Shown here in pieces: positions 9,809 to 23,313 of a stretch of 64,000 bases of DNA. The DNA comes from an uncultured SAR86 cluster bacterium (GTDB lineage Bacteria > Pseudomonadota > Gammaproteobacteria > Magnimaribacterales > AG-339-G14), in the NCBI GenBank assembly GCA_902523885.1, contig CABZAV010000003.1, positions 11,527 through 75,526 of the forward strand, given 5' to 3'. The notes beneath the pieces are model-generated. The model was not told the DNA's origin and searched no databases. It worked only from the letters and a program-made list of their open reading frames with translations. How positions within the stretch are numbered: position 1 is the first letter of the stretch; each line of letters starts with the position of its first letter. Position numbers and translations under genes: made by a program.

Positions 9809-10594
9809 ATGAGAAATATTTTAAAAATTTTATTGTCACTAACTTTACTGACGGTTTCTTCAATTTCGTTAGCTCAAGAACAAGCAAACGTAACACCAAT
9901 GGAATTTTACGCTAATTGTGAATTTCAACCTGGAAAAACAAAAGCTGATTTATATGATGTCATTGAGAAATGGAATAAATTTAACGACGACTCAAAAGAT
10001 AAGTCTTATACAGCTTTTTTATTGACTCCAATTGCAGCAAGCAACGTTGATTTTGAAAATACCCTTATTTGGATGGGTGTTTGGGATAATTTTGAAGGAA
10101 TGGGAAATAGTCTTGAGAATTATTATGAAAATGGATCTGAAATTGCTGAAAGTTTTAACTCTGTATGGAAATGTAATAGTCATTCTTTTGCTGCAAGCTT
10201 GCTTACTTATGAAGAAAATAGAAAGGATAATTACGCTGGTCCAAGAACTTCGGAGATTTTTTCTTTTTCGGATTGTTCAATTAATGATGGTGTAACATAT
10301 GCGGATCTTTTAAAAGCAGATGCTAAATACAGTGCTTTTCTAAAGAAATTAGAAAAAGAAGATCCAGTATTTAGAATTTTCCCTACGGCCGGTTTACCTC
10401 AAGATTCAGATTTTGATTTCAAAATGATGGATATAAATTCTTCTTGGAGTCAAAGAGGAAAGGAGACACAAACCTTTGTAGATAATGGCGGTCCTCTAAA
10501 GCAATTAGAAACTTATGGTTCAATGGTAAGTTGCGACAGCCCAAGAGTTTATCAAATGGAAAGGGTAAGATTAGGTAAGCCTTGGGTTAAATAA
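9809..10594 (+). CDS. Hypothetical secreted protein
   Basis: The N-terminal signal peptide 'MRNILKILLSLTLLTVSSISLAQE' is followed by a 261-aa ORF. I recognise no family. Confidence 0.5.
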   Translation: MRNILKILLSLTLLTVSSISLAQEQANVTPMEFYANCEFQPGKTKADLYDVIEKWNKFNDDSKDKSYTAFLLTPIAASNVDFENTLIWMGVWDNFEGMGNSLENYYENGSEIAESFNSVWKCNSHSFAASLLTYEENRKDNYAGPRTSEIFSFSDCSINDGVTYADLLKADAKYSAFLKKLEKEDPVFRIFPTAGLPQDSDFDFKMMDINSSWSQRGKETQTFVDNGGPLKQLETYGSMVSCDSPRVYQMERVRLGKPWVK

Positions 10595-10601
10595 TTTATT
10601 T

Positions 10602-10631
10602 AAAAAAGGCTTCTTATAGAAGCCTTTTTTA
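10602..10631. terminator. Bidirectional rho-independent terminator between convergent genes
   Basis: The sequence 'aaaaaaGGCTTCttataGAAGCCtttttt' has stem arms at 10608-10613 and 10619-10624. It is flanked by an A-run and a T-run, and it touches the stop codon of the minus-strand thioesterase gene. Confidence 0.7.
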
Positions 10632-11042
10632 TATTTTCTTTACAACTCCGCTAAAACTGAAAACAATTTCTCCATCGCAGAATATTTTACCTTCGCCAAA
10701 GACTAAGGATTTAGTTGCTCTTGTTATTGACGTATGAACTTCGGCTAATGAATGTATTTTGGCAGGAGCGATGAATTCTGATCGAAAGCTTATTGTTGCC
10801 ACATATTTATCCCTCGAAGGCATCGAGGCAGAAGCTAACGAATAATCAGCAATACTCATTAGCATGCCTCCATGAGCAACATCAGCTGAATTACAATTTT
10901 CTTTTTTAATCCAAAATGCCATTATCAGATTACCTTCTTCATCACGCCTATAAAAGCCTTCACCAATGTTACGAATATGATGTTCGGTTTGATGAATAGG
11001 TTCGAATCCTTCCGGAATGGGATATTTATTCTCTCTGGGCAT
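10629..11042 (-). CDS. PaaI-family (hotdog fold) thioesterase
   Basis: 137 aa with 'VAHGGMLMSIADYSLA', the PaaI/4HBT hotdog pattern. It sits beside an acyl-CoA dehydrogenase. Confidence 0.7.
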   Translation of the reverse strand: MPRENKYPIPEGFEPIHQTEHHIRNIGEGFYRRDEEGNLIMAFWIKKENCNSADVAHGGMLMSIADYSLASASMPSRDKYVATISFRSEFIAPAKIHSLAEVHTSITRATKSLVFGEGKIFCDGEIVFSFSGVVKKI

Positions 11043-11059
11043 GTCGATATTTTAACTCA

Positions 11060-12259
11060 ATGTGTATAATTGCTCGCAAAATTAAAAAAATTATGGATTT
11101 CAAATTAACACCAGAACAACTAGAACTACAAAAAGTTGCACGCGAATATGCGCAAAATGAGCTACCAGCTTTAGCAGATGAATTGGAAGAAACAGGCGAT
11201 CCTGTCCCTAAAGATGCCTTAATGAAAATTGGTGAGATGGGTTTTCTTGGCGTCAATACACCTGTTGAATATGGTGGTCAGGGTCTTACAAATTTAGAAG
11301 CAATTATTATTCTAGAGGAATTTGGAAAAATCTCATCAGCAGTTGGGTGGCCGGTTTTTGAAGCAAATGCTGGGCCTGTAAAAGTTCTACAGCATTTTGC
11401 AACCGATGCTTTAAAAGAAAGAGTTATACCTAAAGTTTGTAGCGGTGAAATGGTTGTAGCCGTGAGTATGTCAGAACCAGGAGCGGGCACTGGATTAACT
11501 GACTTAAAAACTAAAGCAGAAATAAAAGGTGACAAAATTGTTATAAATGGAAACAAACGTTGGTGTTCTGGGGCAGGTCACTCAGATGGATATGTAGTTT
11601 ATGCAAGAATGTCTGATGCTCCAGCGGCTAAAGGAATTGGTGCAGTTTTTGTAGATATCGATACGCCTGGATTAACCTTTGGGAATAATGAAAATCTTAT
11701 GGGCTGGCGAGGCATTCCATCTGCAGATATATACTTTGATAATGTTGAAGTGCCAATTGAAAATCTTCTTGTTGAACCTGAAGATGGCTTTAAGAAGCTC
11801 ATGGAAACTTTTGATTTAGAAAGGTGTGGTAATGCGACTATGGCTTTGGCTCAAGCTTCATCTGCATTGGACTATGTGCAAAATTATGTTCAAGAGAGAG
11901 AACAATTTGGAAAACCAATTGTTGACTTTCAAGCCGTGCAAATAAAATTAGCGGACATGTTAATGAAAGTTGAAGCTTCGCGTCTTCTCATCCATCGTGC
12001 AGTATTTAATGCAGCAAATGGATTGCCTGACATTTTGGAATCAAGCTCTGCAAAATGTTTTGCAAATGAGATTTCTAGAGAAGTTACGACAACCGCTATG
12101 CAATTAATGGGCGGCTATGGTTTTAATAAAGAATATGGCATGGAGCGCAAAGTAAGAGATTCGTTTGGCTGGGGAATTGCAGGCGGCACTATCGACGTGC
12201 AAAAAGTCAATATCGCTTCAGCTATGATTGGTCGCAGATTTAATCAAAGAGCAAAATAA
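11060..12259 (+). CDS. Acyl-CoA dehydrogenase
   Basis: Carries 'MDFKLTPEQLELQK', 'VSMSEPGAGTGL' and 'GGYGFNKEYGMERKVRD', and the length is typical of an ACAD. The likely true start is the ATG at 11093 (MDFKL...). Confidence 0.9.
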   Translation: MCIIARKIKKIMDFKLTPEQLELQKVAREYAQNELPALADELEETGDPVPKDALMKIGEMGFLGVNTPVEYGGQGLTNLEAIIILEEFGKISSAVGWPVFEANAGPVKVLQHFATDALKERVIPKVCSGEMVVAVSMSEPGAGTGLTDLKTKAEIKGDKIVINGNKRWCSGAGHSDGYVVYARMSDAPAAKGIGAVFVDIDTPGLTFGNNENLMGWRGIPSADIYFDNVEVPIENLLVEPEDGFKKLMETFDLERCGNATMALAQASSALDYVQNYVQEREQFGKPIVDFQAVQIKLADMLMKVEASRLLIHRAVFNAANGLPDILESSSAKCFANEISREVTTTAMQLMGGYGFNKEYGMERKVRDSFGWGIAGGTIDVQKVNIASAMIGRRFNQRAK

Positions 12260-12261
12260 AC

Positions 12262-12750
12262 TTAAGCAGTCCTTAATTCTTGGATAATTTCATCCATTTT
12301 TTCTATCAGAATTTTTTTGTCTTCTTCTGTTAGGAAATCTCCAATTGGCACTCTTTCGCCTTTTGATGAGATAACTATGTGCAATGGATACCAAGGATGA
12401 GTTGCCTTTTCAACAAACACATAGGCCCACTCTCTAACAAATTCTGTTGTTGTTTCTGGTCTCAATCTACCTTTTTCGATAATTAATTTTTCAGGGGTGA
12501 ATGTAAGAATCTCTTTTCTATTTGCATCTTTGAAAACAAAATATAAAGCAGTGAGAACTAGTAGAATCTCTAAACCAGCAAAAGGTAAAATAATAGGTGC
12601 TCCAACATACAAAAATCCCAAAGCTATTATGGTTAAAGGCACAGAAACTAAAAAAACGAATATTAAATTACCTCGCCAAGAAATCGAACGATTAGGGGTG
12701 ATTGAAACTCTAAAAGAATTATCAGAGTTGAGACGATCTGCTATAACCAT
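12262..12750 (-). CDS. DUF2244-like integral membrane protein
   Basis: 'ITPNRSISWRG' is followed by two TM helices and a soluble tail. The resemblance to DUF2244 is from memory and I have not run an HMM. Confidence 0.5.
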   Translation of the reverse strand: MVIADRLNSDNSFRVSITPNRSISWRGNLIFVFLVSVPLTIIALGFLYVGAPIILPFAGLEILLVLTALYFVFKDANRKEILTFTPEKLIIEKGRLRPETTTEFVREWAYVFVEKATHPWYPLHIVISSKGERVPIGDFLTEEDKKILIEKMDEIIQELRTA

Positions 12751-12803
12751 GTTTTAATATTACTTTAAAGTCATTATGACTATTCTAAAAAAAATTATAT
12801 TTA

Positions 12804-13997
12804 ATGAAAAAAAATAATTCTATTGATAGAACGGCATTGATGCCAAATTATGCCCCTGCAGAATTTATTCCTGTCAAAGGAAAAAAGTCTATTCTTTGGG
12901 ATGATAAAGGCAAAGATTATGTAGATTTTGGAGGAGGCATTGCCGTCACATGCCTCGGTCATTCTCATCCCGCGCTAAATAAAGTTCTCAAAGAACAATC
13001 AACAAAACTTTGGCATGTAAGCAATTACTTATATAACAAGCCAGCTTTAGAGCTTAGCGAAATATTAGCTAAAAAAACTTTTGCAGATAAAGTTTTTTTC
13101 TCAAATTCAGGAAATGAAGCCAATGAAGCGGCAATAAAACTAGCTAGAAAATATTATTTCGATCAAAAAAAACCTGAGAAACACGAAATTATAGTCTTTA
13201 CTAAAGCTTTTCATGGTCGATCCATGCTGAATATTACTGCAGGTGATTCTGAAATTCAGAAAACTGGATTTGGACCGCTTTTGAAAGGCTTTAAAAGAGC
13301 TATTTTCAACGACCTGAAATCAGTAAAAAAAGTAATAAGTAAAAATACTGCAGCAATTTTTGTCGAACCAATCTTAGGAGAATCGGGGATAATTAGAGCA
13401 GAAAATCCTTTCCTAGAAGGGCTAAGAAAGTTAGCTGACGCTAAGGACTGTCTTCTTATCTTTGATGAAGTTCAAAGCGGTATTGGTCGAACTGGATCGC
13501 TAATGGCATATATGGGATATGGCGTCACGCCAGATATTTCAACTTTAGCAAAGGGCTTAGGAGGGGGAATTCCAATTGGCGCAACACTCACAACTACAAA
13601 AATAGCTCAAGCTTTTCAGCCTGGAACTCACGGCAGTACTTTTGGAGGCAACCCTTTAGCCTGTGAAGTGGCTAAAAAAGTAATAGAAATAATTTCTACC
13701 AAAAAAGTCTTAACCGGAGTTGTAGAAAAAACTATTAAATTTAATAAAGAACTTAAAAGAATATCCGAAAAATATAATTTGTTTGAAGACGTAAGATCCG
13801 CTGGTCTTTGGATTTGTTGTGATTTTAAAAAATTAAAATCCGCAGATGTTATAAATGAATGCTATAAAAAAAGATTAATTCTTGTTCAGGCCTCTGGTGA
13901 TAAAACAATTAGATTAGCTCCGTCCTTAATTATCGAGAACTCAGAAATAGATGAAGGTTTTAAAAGATTTGAAAGGGCAATAAAAAAATTAGTTTAG
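12804..13997 (+). CDS. argD: Acetylornithine/succinylornithine aminotransferase (class III PLP)
   Basis: Carries 'GGIAVTCLGHSHP', 'SNSGNEANEAA', 'FDEVQSGIGRTG' and 'TLAKGLGGG', which holds the PLP lysine. Confidence 0.85.
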   Translation: MKKNNSIDRTALMPNYAPAEFIPVKGKKSILWDDKGKDYVDFGGGIAVTCLGHSHPALNKVLKEQSTKLWHVSNYLYNKPALELSEILAKKTFADKVFFSNSGNEANEAAIKLARKYYFDQKKPEKHEIIVFTKAFHGRSMLNITAGDSEIQKTGFGPLLKGFKRAIFNDLKSVKKVISKNTAAIFVEPILGESGIIRAENPFLEGLRKLADAKDCLLIFDEVQSGIGRTGSLMAYMGYGVTPDISTLAKGLGGGIPIGATLTTTKIAQAFQPGTHGSTFGGNPLACEVAKKVIEIISTKKVLTGVVEKTIKFNKELKRISEKYNLFEDVRSAGLWICCDFKKLKSADVINECYKKRLILVQASGDKTIRLAPSLIIENSEIDEGFKRFERAIKKLV

Positions 13998-14746
13998 TTT
14001 TTTATAAATTCTTTATAAGTTTCATTAAACCTCGCCAATCTTTCTGGACCTGTTGGATGAGTATCAAAAAAAGTTGACCGATCATCTCTTTCTGATTTTT
14101 GCGCCATTCTAATAATAATATTTCTTGCTTCCAGCAAATCATATCCAGAATCTTTTAAAATCAACAAAGAAAAATAATCTGCCTCTTTTTCTTGATCTCT
14201 GGAAAAAACCAAAGATCCAAACCTTGCTCCTAAGTCTGTAGTTTGAGAAATTAAATCGTCGGATCCGTCTATGACACTCCCTAAAACTCTTCCAGCCAAA
14301 CTACCCAGTAAAATATTTCTTTGTGCGTTGGCGACATGATTGCCTAAGTGATGAGCTATTTCGTGAGCAATAACAAATGCTACTTCTTCTTCAGAAGCAA
14401 CGCCATTCATTAAGCCTTTTGTATAAGTAATTGTATTTCTTCCAGATGCAAAAGCATTAAACATGTCATCATCTAGGTAATTTACTTTCCAATTACATCT
14501 GACATCAGGAATGTTATTTTCGTCACACCATTTATCTGTAACTGGTGAAATCTTTTCAATGATATCTTCGACTAATACTACGGATTCTTTTCTTGTTCTT
14601 TCAACAGGTTCATCGAGTTCTGTATTTTTTATAATCGCGATGGCTTCGTCAATTTGAGTTTGATCTAACTCCTCAAAAGTAGTTCCTGGAGCCACGCAAC
14701 TAACAAGAAAAAAAAGGATTAATGAAAGAAATAAACTCCTAATCAT
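13994..14746 (-). CDS. M48-family zinc metallopeptidase, lipoprotein
   Basis: Has the lipobox 'FLVSC', the 'HEIAHH' zinc motif and a downstream 'EKEAD'. Confidence 0.75.
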   Translation of the reverse strand: MIRSLFLSLILFFLVSCVAPGTTFEELDQTQIDEAIAIIKNTELDEPVERTRKESVVLVEDIIEKISPVTDKWCDENNIPDVRCNWKVNYLDDDMFNAFASGRNTITYTKGLMNGVASEEEVAFVIAHEIAHHLGNHVANAQRNILLGSLAGRVLGSVIDGSDDLISQTTDLGARFGSLVFSRDQEKEADYFSLLILKDSGYDLLEARNIIIRMAQKSERDDRSTFFDTHPTGPERLARFNETYKEFIKN

Positions 14747-14754
14747 TAGTTGGC

Positions 14755-15441
14755 TTATTTAAATTTTTTCCTCATATTCATTACCGCTTCCATTCCAAAA
14801 ACTGGTTTTTTACCCTCAGGCACAGTATTTCCTTTTACGATTAATTCTTCAAAGGTTGCGCCATTTTTAAACATTTCATAAAGCACTTCTATATCCATAT
14901 TCGTTCCCACTGGCTCTTCAATAAAATCCGGTGCAATATTAGATTTGAATTCATCTTGATTGCGCCAGTGCTCAAAAAATATTTCAACTAAGTGACCATC
15001 TGGATCTTTGTAGTACATTCCAGTAATCCATCCATGATTAATTGTCCAGTGCGGTTCTATGCCGTTATTTTTTGCATTTTGATAAAACTCAAACCACTTA
15101 TCTATCGGATTTAACAAATATGAAATGTGATCTAGTCCTACTGTATCTGGAAGATTTTTATTCATCCAATTTTTAACTTTAATGATTAATCTTGGGATAA
15201 ATCCAACTCTCTCCAAAACAGGAGAAGTGTTAGCAATTGCTACTCTATGATGTTCTTGATCAAAAGCTAAAAAAGTAATTTGATCGCTTTCGTAAAGTGC
15301 CTCACACCCGAATAATCTAGTGTAAAAATCTACCATTTTTTTATATTGCATTGTCTTCCAAGCAACGTGATGAAAAGCATCAGGTGGAAAATCTGATTTA
15401 TAATTTTTGTACAAATCTAAGTTTAAAACTGGTTTTGACAT
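14755..15441 (-). CDS. VOC (glyoxalase/extradiol dioxygenase-like) family protein
   Basis: The 228-aa ORF has paired beta-alpha-beta-beta-beta-type segments with 'HVAWKT...' and 'LDHISY...DPDGHLVE'. Function unknown. Confidence 0.5.
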   Translation of the reverse strand: MSKPVLNLDLYKNYKSDFPPDAFHHVAWKTMQYKKMVDFYTRLFGCEALYESDQITFLAFDQEHHRVAIANTSPVLERVGFIPRLIIKVKNWMNKNLPDTVGLDHISYLLNPIDKWFEFYQNAKNNGIEPHWTINHGWITGMYYKDPDGHLVEIFFEHWRNQDEFKSNIAPDFIEEPVGTNMDIEVLYEMFKNGATFEELIVKGNTVPEGKKPVFGMEAVMNMRKKFK

Positions 15442-15477
15442 TTACGTCTCCTTTTATTCAAAAGAGTATATCTCAAC

Positions 15478-17715
15478 TTAATTATTTTCTGGAGCAATGA
15501 CTTCAGTAGAATCCACCCTTCTGAATCCTTTTGGCAAAAAGTTTCCTTTTCTACCTCTTGTCCCGACAAAATTATTTAAATCATTTGGTTTAATAACATA
15601 GTGTTGTTTTCCACTATTCAACTTTAAAGACCCGCCCTTAGGCAAAACAACAAGATGTAACAATTCATCTTCTGCTGCTGCGTGTTTAGTTTTATCAATT
15701 GAAATTATTTTATTTCCTTTTCCTTTAGACAAAACAGGTAAATCTGCAGCTTTGATAAGAAGCATTTTTCCTTCACTCGATATAGAAACGATAAAAGAGT
15801 CTTCGATGGATTTTATAGTTTTAGGATCCAGTGGTTTGGCACCTTTAACATTTATAGCTGCCTTTCCAGATTTATTCTTTGTTTGCAAGTCGGAGATTTT
15901 GGCTATGAATCCATAGCCTGCATTAGTTGATAGGATACAAAGATCTTCGTCAGTTCCAGCCACGACTCCTGAAAAGAAAGCTCCTGATTGAGCATTGATG
16001 CTTCCTGAAACAGGATCGCCCTGACCTCTAGCACTTGGCAACTTATGAATTGGTATAGAGTAAGCTTTCCCAAAATTATCTAAAATCACTGCGTTTTGAC
16101 TATTCCTCGCTTTAGTAGAAGAGAGATATCCATCTCCTTCTCTATATTGAAGTGATTCAGCATCGACATCATGACCTTTTGCAGCTCTAATCCAGCCTCT
16201 TTGAGATAAAACTACTGTCATCGGGTCATTGGAAATTAATTCTTTTTCGTCAAACGCTTTTGATTCTTCGGCTTCCGTTAAAGAGCTGTTTCTTTCGTCA
16301 CCAAATTCTTCTAAATCTTCTTTAAGTTCTTTTTTAATCAAAGTTTTTAATCTGCTGGTCGAACTTAATGTCTTTTCAATATCTTTTGCTTCTTGAGAGA
16401 GCTCATTTTTTTCCGATAAGATTGCTTCTTCTTCAAGCTTAGCCAATTGTCTAAGCCTTATATCTAGAATCGCGTTTGCTTGAATTTCAGAAAGTTTGAA
16501 TTTCTTCATAAGTTCTTTTTTTGGCTTGTCATGTGTTCGAATAATTTTTATCACTTTATCCAAATTCAAATAAGCAACTAAAAGTCCCTCTAAAATATGC
16601 AATCGGTCGTTAACCCAATCCAAACGATTTTGAAGCCTTCTCTTGACAGTATCGGTTCTAAATTTGAGCCATTCCTTGAGTATTTTTTTTAAATCAAAAA
16701 CCTGTGGTTTACCATTCAAACCAATAGCGTTTATGTTAACTCTGATATTTTTTTCTAAATCTGTTGTAGCAAAAAGGTGACTCATTAAAGCAGTTTTATC
16801 AATCCTATTAGACCTCGGAACCACGATTATTCTTGAAGGATTATCCTCATCGCTTTCATCTCTCAAGTCATCAATCATATTTATTTTCTTGGTTTCAACT
16901 TGAGCGGCAATTTGCTCCAATATTTTTGAAGTCGAAACTTGGTATGGCAAAGCAGTAATCACAATCTCGCCTTCCTCTATTTCATAGGTAGCTCTCAGCT
17001 TTACTGAACCTCTACCAGTCGAATACATCTCCAACATCTCTTCAGGAGAAGAGATAATTTCTGCTTTTGTTGGAAAATCAGGACTCGGAATGTAAGACAT
17101 CAAATCAGAGACTGTCATTTTTGGATTATCTATTAGAGAGATAGAAGCTTTTACAACATCGGTCAAATTATGCGGCGGGATGTCGGTTGCCATTCCAACA
17201 GCTATCCCAGAAGCACCATTCAATAATACATTCGGCAATCTTGACGAGAGAAATTTTGGCTCTATTAAAGTGCCATCAAAATTTGGCATCCAATCAACGG
17301 TACCTTGAGAAATCTCACTTAACAAGGTTTGAGCATATGCCGAAAGTCGACATTCGGTGTAACGCATTGCTGCAAAACTTTTAGGATCATCCAATGAGCC
17401 GAAGTTTCCTTGACCCTCAATTAAAGGGTAACGCGTTGAGAAATTTTGTGCCATCAAGACCATTGCTTCATAGGCAGCTCCGTCTCCATGTGGATGAAAT
17501 TTACCAATGACATCGCCAACAGTTCTTGCACTTTTCTTAAATTTTGAAGTAGATTTTAGTCCCAGTTCAGACATCGCATATACAATTCTTCTCTGTACAG
17601 GTTTGAGTCCATCGCCCACAAAAGGCAAAGCTCTATCCAGAATGACATACATGGAATACTCCAAGTAAGCTTTCTCTGCGTATCCTCCAATCGGTAAACT
17701 TTCTTCTTTACTCAT
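15478..17715 (-). CDS. parC: DNA topoisomerase IV subunit A
   Basis: Carries '[10 protein letters not shown]', 'HPHGD' and 'AAMRYTE' (catalytic Tyr). The 745-aa length, short for GyrA, and the position directly downstream of parE support the call. Confidence 0.9.
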   Translation of the reverse strand: MSKEESLPIGGYAEKAYLEYSMYVILDRALPFVGDGLKPVQRRIVYAMSELGLKSTSKFKKSARTVGDVIGKFHPHGDGAAYEAMVLMAQNFSTRYPLIEGQGNFGSLDDPKSFAAMRYTECRLSAYAQTLLSEISQGTVDWMPNFDGTLIEPKFLSSRLPNVLLNGASGIAVGMATDIPPHNLTDVVKASISLIDNPKMTVSDLMSYIPSPDFPTKAEIISSPEEMLEMYSTGRGSVKLRATYEIEEGEIVITALPYQVSTSKILEQIAAQVETKKINMIDDLRDESDEDNPSRIIVVPRSNRIDKTALMSHLFATTDLEKNIRVNINAIGLNGKPQVFDLKKILKEWLKFRTDTVKRRLQNRLDWVNDRLHILEGLLVAYLNLDKVIKIIRTHDKPKKELMKKFKLSEIQANAILDIRLRQLAKLEEEAILSEKNELSQEAKDIEKTLSSTSRLKTLIKKELKEDLEEFGDERNSSLTEAEESKAFDEKELISNDPMTVVLSQRGWIRAAKGHDVDAESLQYREGDGYLSSTKARNSQNAVILDNFGKAYSIPIHKLPSARGQGDPVSGSINAQSGAFFSGVVAGTDEDLCILSTNAGYGFIAKISDLQTKNKSGKAAINVKGAKPLDPKTIKSIEDSFIVSISSEGKMLLIKAADLPVLSKGKGNKIISIDKTKHAAAEDELLHLVVLPKGGSLKLNSGKQHYVIKPNDLNNFVGTRGRKGNFLPKGFRRVDSTEVIAPENN

Positions 17716-19603
17716 TCAGTGTCGCTAAATTTCCTTTTGTCTCCAACCAGTCTTTTCTGTCAGCCGCTCGTTTTTTAGAAAGCAACTTATCCATCATTGA
17801 AGTAGCTGTATTTCCTTTTTCGAGTGTTAATTTTAATAACCTTCTTCCATCGACCTGCATAGTTGTTTCTCTTAATTGAGAGGGATTCATCTCGCCAAGC
17901 CCTTTGAATCTTTGAATTTCTATTTTTTTCACTTTATTTTGTTTTGTTAATTGTTTAACTATTTGATCCTTTTCGTCTTCATCAAGGGCATAAAATACGT
18001 CTTTGCCTTGATCTATTCTAAATAAAGGAGGTTGAGCAACGAATAGGTGTCCTTTCTCTACCAATGGTCTGAAGTGTTTTAAAAATAAAGCACAAATTAA
18101 AGTTGCAATATGAGCGCCATCGGTGTCAGCATCTGCCAAAATACATATTTTCCCGTAGCGCAAACCAGTTAACTCTTTGCACCCAGGATCTAATCCAACC
18201 GCCATGGCTATATCTTTGACTTCTTGTGATTGAGTAACTGAGTCAGTATTTACTTCCCAAGTATTTAAAATTTTACCCTTTAAGGACATGACTGCTTGAA
18301 AGTTTCTATTCCTTGCTTGCTTTGCTGAGCCACCAGCTGACTCTCCTTCAACTAAAAACAGCTCTGTTTCTTCAAAATCTGATGAAACACAATCAGATAA
18401 TTTTCCTGGCAATGTAATCCCTTTAGTTATTTTTTTTCTTTCAACTTTCTGACTTACTCTTGCACGGGCTTGAGCATTTTCGATACATAAAAAGGCAATT
18501 TCTTCTGCCGCTTGGGTTTCCTGATTCAGCCAAATTGAAAATGAATCTTTTGTGATTGAAGTTGCGATGTTCTGGAAGTCTTTAGAAGACAATTTTTCTT
18601 TGGTTTGTCCTGTAAACTGCGGATCTTTTAATTTTGCTGATAAAATATACGAACAATTTTTCCAAACATCATCGGGTGTAAGTTTTACTCCCTTTGGAAG
18701 TAATTTTCTATAATCACAAAACTCTTTTATTGCATCTGTAATGCCAGTTCTCATACCTGAAACATGAGTACCGCCCTGCAATGTTGGAATAAGATTCACA
18801 TAACTTTCGCTTATGCTCTCTCTATCGCCTCTTTCCCAGATCACTGCCCAGGATAAAGCAGTTTCATTATCATTAAATTCTCCGACGATTGGCTCTCCTG
18901 GAACATATGTTCCCTCTCCTAATTCAGTAGAAAGGTAATCACCTAACCCGTCAACGAAACACCATTCTTCTTTATCGCCGCTAATTTCATTTTTAAACTT
19001 TATTTTTAGTCCAGGACAAAGGACTGCTTTAGCTCTTAAAGAGTAAGATAAAGACTTTGCAGATATTTTTTCTGTATCAAAAAAACTTTCGTCAGGTTTG
19101 AAAGTTATTTTCGTTCCTGTATTTCTTTGGCCAACTTTATCAATTTCTTTTAGCTCCTTTTTTTTAAGACTATTCGCAAAAGATATCTCAAACTTTTTTC
19201 CATCTCTTTTAATCTCTGCTTTTAATTTTTTTGATAAGGCGTTTACAACAGAGACTCCAACCCCGTGTAACCCTCCTGAAAATGTATATTCTTTATTAGT
19301 AAACTTTGCGCCGGCGTGAAGTCTAGAAAAAATTAATTCAACTCCTGGCACCTTTTCTTCTGGGTGGATATCAACTGGCATTCCTCTTCCATCATCTTCT
19401 ACGGTAACAGAGAAATCTTTGTGTAAGTTGACTAATATTTCTTTTGCAAAACCTGCTAAAGCCTCATCAACACTATTGTCAATAACCTCCATGACCAGAT
19501 GATTTGGACTTGCCGTATCTGTATACATTCCTGGTCTTTTTCTAACAGGCTCTAACCCCGTTAAGACTTCAATAGACTCGGAAGTATAATTTGATGCTGC
19601 CAA
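17708..19603 (-). CDS. parE: DNA topoisomerase IV subunit B
   Basis: Carries '[12 protein letters not shown]', '[13 protein letters not shown]' and 'DADTDGAHI'. At 631 aa it lacks the gammaproteobacterial GyrB insert. It overlaps parC by 8 nt. Confidence 0.95.
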   Translation of the reverse strand: MAASNYTSESIEVLTGLEPVRKRPGMYTDTASPNHLVMEVIDNSVDEALAGFAKEILVNLHKDFSVTVEDDGRGMPVDIHPEEKVPGVELIFSRLHAGAKFTNKEYTFSGGLHGVGVSVVNALSKKLKAEIKRDGKKFEISFANSLKKKELKEIDKVGQRNTGTKITFKPDESFFDTEKISAKSLSYSLRAKAVLCPGLKIKFKNEISGDKEEWCFVDGLGDYLSTELGEGTYVPGEPIVGEFNDNETALSWAVIWERGDRESISESYVNLIPTLQGGTHVSGMRTGITDAIKEFCDYRKLLPKGVKLTPDDVWKNCSYILSAKLKDPQFTGQTKEKLSSKDFQNIATSITKDSFSIWLNQETQAAEEIAFLCIENAQARARVSQKVERKKITKGITLPGKLSDCVSSDFEETELFLVEGESAGGSAKQARNRNFQAVMSLKGKILNTWEVNTDSVTQSQEVKDIAMAVGLDPGCKELTGLRYGKICILADADTDGAHIATLICALFLKHFRPLVEKGHLFVAQPPLFRIDQGKDVFYALDEDEKDQIVKQLTKQNKVKKIEIQRFKGLGEMNPSQLRETTMQVDGRRLLKLTLEKGNTATSMMDKLLSKKRAADRKDWLETKGNLATLNE

Positions 19604-19604
19604 T

Positions 19605-20084
19605 TTAAAGTTTCTCTAAAATATTTTCTGCACTGCTTAAATCAAATGCCCCGCCTTCTTCGGCTAATAAAGAGGTAACTGTTCCATCTTCAATAATGAT
19701 TGCAAACCTTGATGAAACTTTTCCAATCCCCATCACAGAAAGATCTAACTCAAGCTCGCATGCTTGTGCAAAGGCACCGTTACCATCGGCAAGCATGGTT
19801 ATTTTTTCACCAACGGATAAACTCTCTCCCCAGGCTTTCATAACAAAAGGATTAGTTACAGATACACAAATAATTTCATCAACGTTCTTGGATAGAATTT
19901 CATCAGCATTTTTTACAAATCCTGGCATCTGCTTCAAGGAACAAGTAGGAGTGAATGCTCCCGGTACTCCTACTAGCACAACTTTCTTACCCGAAACATA
20001 TTCCAATGAATCTATTTCATCAATGCCTTTTTCACCAACTTTAAAAAGTGATGCGCTAGGAAGTTTTTTTCCAATTTCAATCAT
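19605..20084 (-). CDS. Peroxiredoxin, Prx5 subfamily
   Basis: Carries 'VGVPGAFTPTCS', the peroxidatic Cys context of Prx5-type peroxiredoxins. 159 aa. Confidence 0.8.
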   Translation of the reverse strand: MIEIGKKLPSASLFKVGEKGIDEIDSLEYVSGKKVVLVGVPGAFTPTCSLKQMPGFVKNADEILSKNVDEIICVSVTNPFVMKAWGESLSVGEKITMLADGNGAFAQACELELDLSVMGIGKVSSRFAIIIEDGTVTSLLAEEGGAFDLSSAENILEKL

Positions 20085-20093
20085 TCTAGCCTC

Positions 20094-21878
<1,785 letters not shown>

Positions 21879-21957
21879 CTATTTTATATAGTATTTTTAC
21901 CTTTAAAAAATTAATATAGTTATATTATAAATCTTTTAACAGTTTCGGGGATTAAAG

Positions 21958-23313
21958 TTGAATATTTTTAAGTTTTTTTTACCTGTTTTTTTTACATTTT
22001 TCTCTTTAAATATTTTTTCTGAAACTTTGACACTCGCGGAAGTCTACGAAATTGCTCTTAAAGAAGATCCACAGCTAAAAATTGCGCAAGCAACCTATAA
22101 AGCTAATAAAGAGGCTAAGGCAAAAGGAATTGCTGGTCTTTTACCAACCATCACAACGCGAGCGACAACAAATTGGAACGAGTCTGAAGTAATAAAAGGT
22201 GGAAGTGTGACTTTTGACGAAGAAGGGAGCAGCGGAAATAATTCCTACTCTTATTCAGCAGATCTTGTTCAGCCAATTTTTAGATTGGATCGATGGTTTC
22301 AATTTGGTCAAGGAAGAGCAATGAGTGAGGTGGCAAAAGCTCAATTTGGTTATGCTCAACAAGAAACCATATTAAGAGTAACTGAAACATATTTTAATCT
22401 GCTGAAAGCGAAAAAAGATTTGGAAGTAGCTAAATCAGAAGAGGCGGCAATAAAAAAACAGCGTGATCGCTCGAAAAGACTTTTCGAGGAAGGTGTATCT
22501 TCTGTAACAGAATTTCAGGAAGCTCAAGCCTTTTACGATCTAGCAAAGGTTTCAACCATTGCTGGGGAAGGTCAACTTGAATTTGCTAGAGAGGCGCTGA
22601 TAGCAATTATAGGCGAAGCCCCTGAGCTGAAAGATTTAAATCAAGACTTCCCTATAAGTTCTCCCAATCCTAAATCACAAGAAGAATGGGTTGGAACAGC
22701 TTTGAGCAATAACTTCCTTTTAAAAGCTGCTCAAATGGCTACAACAGCTGCAAAAAGAAATGCACGCAGCAAACTTTCTAACCATCTTCCTGATGTAGAT
22801 TTGGTTGGAAATATTACTAGAAATACAAATAGAACAATCTCTGGCTTTTCTGGAAACGGTTTCAGCTTTGATGAAACAGAGATAGAAAACACTAGATACA
22901 GTCTTCAGTTTTCATGGCCCTTGGTGGCTGGAGGACTGGTAAGTTCTGAAAGAAGAGAAGCGTATGCGCTATTGGAAAAAGCAAAGCAAGAGGAAATTTT
23001 AGCTGAAAGATCTACGATTAGAGATGTAAAATCAAGATACTCTTCGGTCCTAACTAACCTTGCAAATGTTAAAGCAAGAAATCAAGCATTAATTTCATCG
23101 GAATTGGCCTTAAAAGCCACTAGGTTTGGATATGAGTCAGACACAAGGAATATTGTCGATTTATTAAATGCAGAAAAAAGTTTTTTTTCAGCACAACGAG
23201 ATTTAAATTCAGCTAGATATGATTTTATTTTGTCAGAATTTGCTTTAAAAATAGCCTCAGGCTCGCTCTCGCCTAGAGATGTTTATGATTTAAGTAATTT
23301 CATGACTGAATAA
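21958..23313 (+). CDS. tolC: TolC-family outer membrane channel
   Basis: A signal peptide is followed by 'TLAEVYEIALKEDPQLK', the repeated coiled-coil/beta pattern and 'DLLNAE'. It has a TTG start according to the ORF track. Confidence 0.85.
   Translation: MNIFKFFLPVFFTFFSLNIFSETLTLAEVYEIALKEDPQLKIAQATYKANKEAKAKGIAGLLPTITTRATTNWNESEVIKGGSVTFDEEGSSGNNSYSYSADLVQPIFRLDRWFQFGQGRAMSEVAKAQFGYAQQETILRVTETYFNLLKAKKDLEVAKSEEAAIKKQRDRSKRLFEEGVSSVTEFQEAQAFYDLAKVSTIAGEGQLEFAREALIAIIGEAPELKDLNQDFPISSPNPKSQEEWVGTALSNNFLLKAAQMATTAAKRNARSKLSNHLPDVDLVGNITRNTNRTISGFSGNGFSFDETEIENTRYSLQFSWPLVAGGLVSSERREAYALLEKAKQEEILAERSTIRDVKSRYSSVLTNLANVKARNQALISSELALKATRFGYESDTRNIVDLLNAEKSFFSAQRDLNSARYDFILSEFALKIASGSLSPRDVYDLSNFMTE

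Noticed and set aside
10999-11009. The string 'GGTTCGAATCC', which is the tRNA T-arm/T-loop consensus.
   Set aside because: It lies inside the PaaI thioesterase CDS. The flanks give only about 3 bp of T-stem pairing, and no acceptor, D or anticodon arms can be drawn. It is a coincidence.
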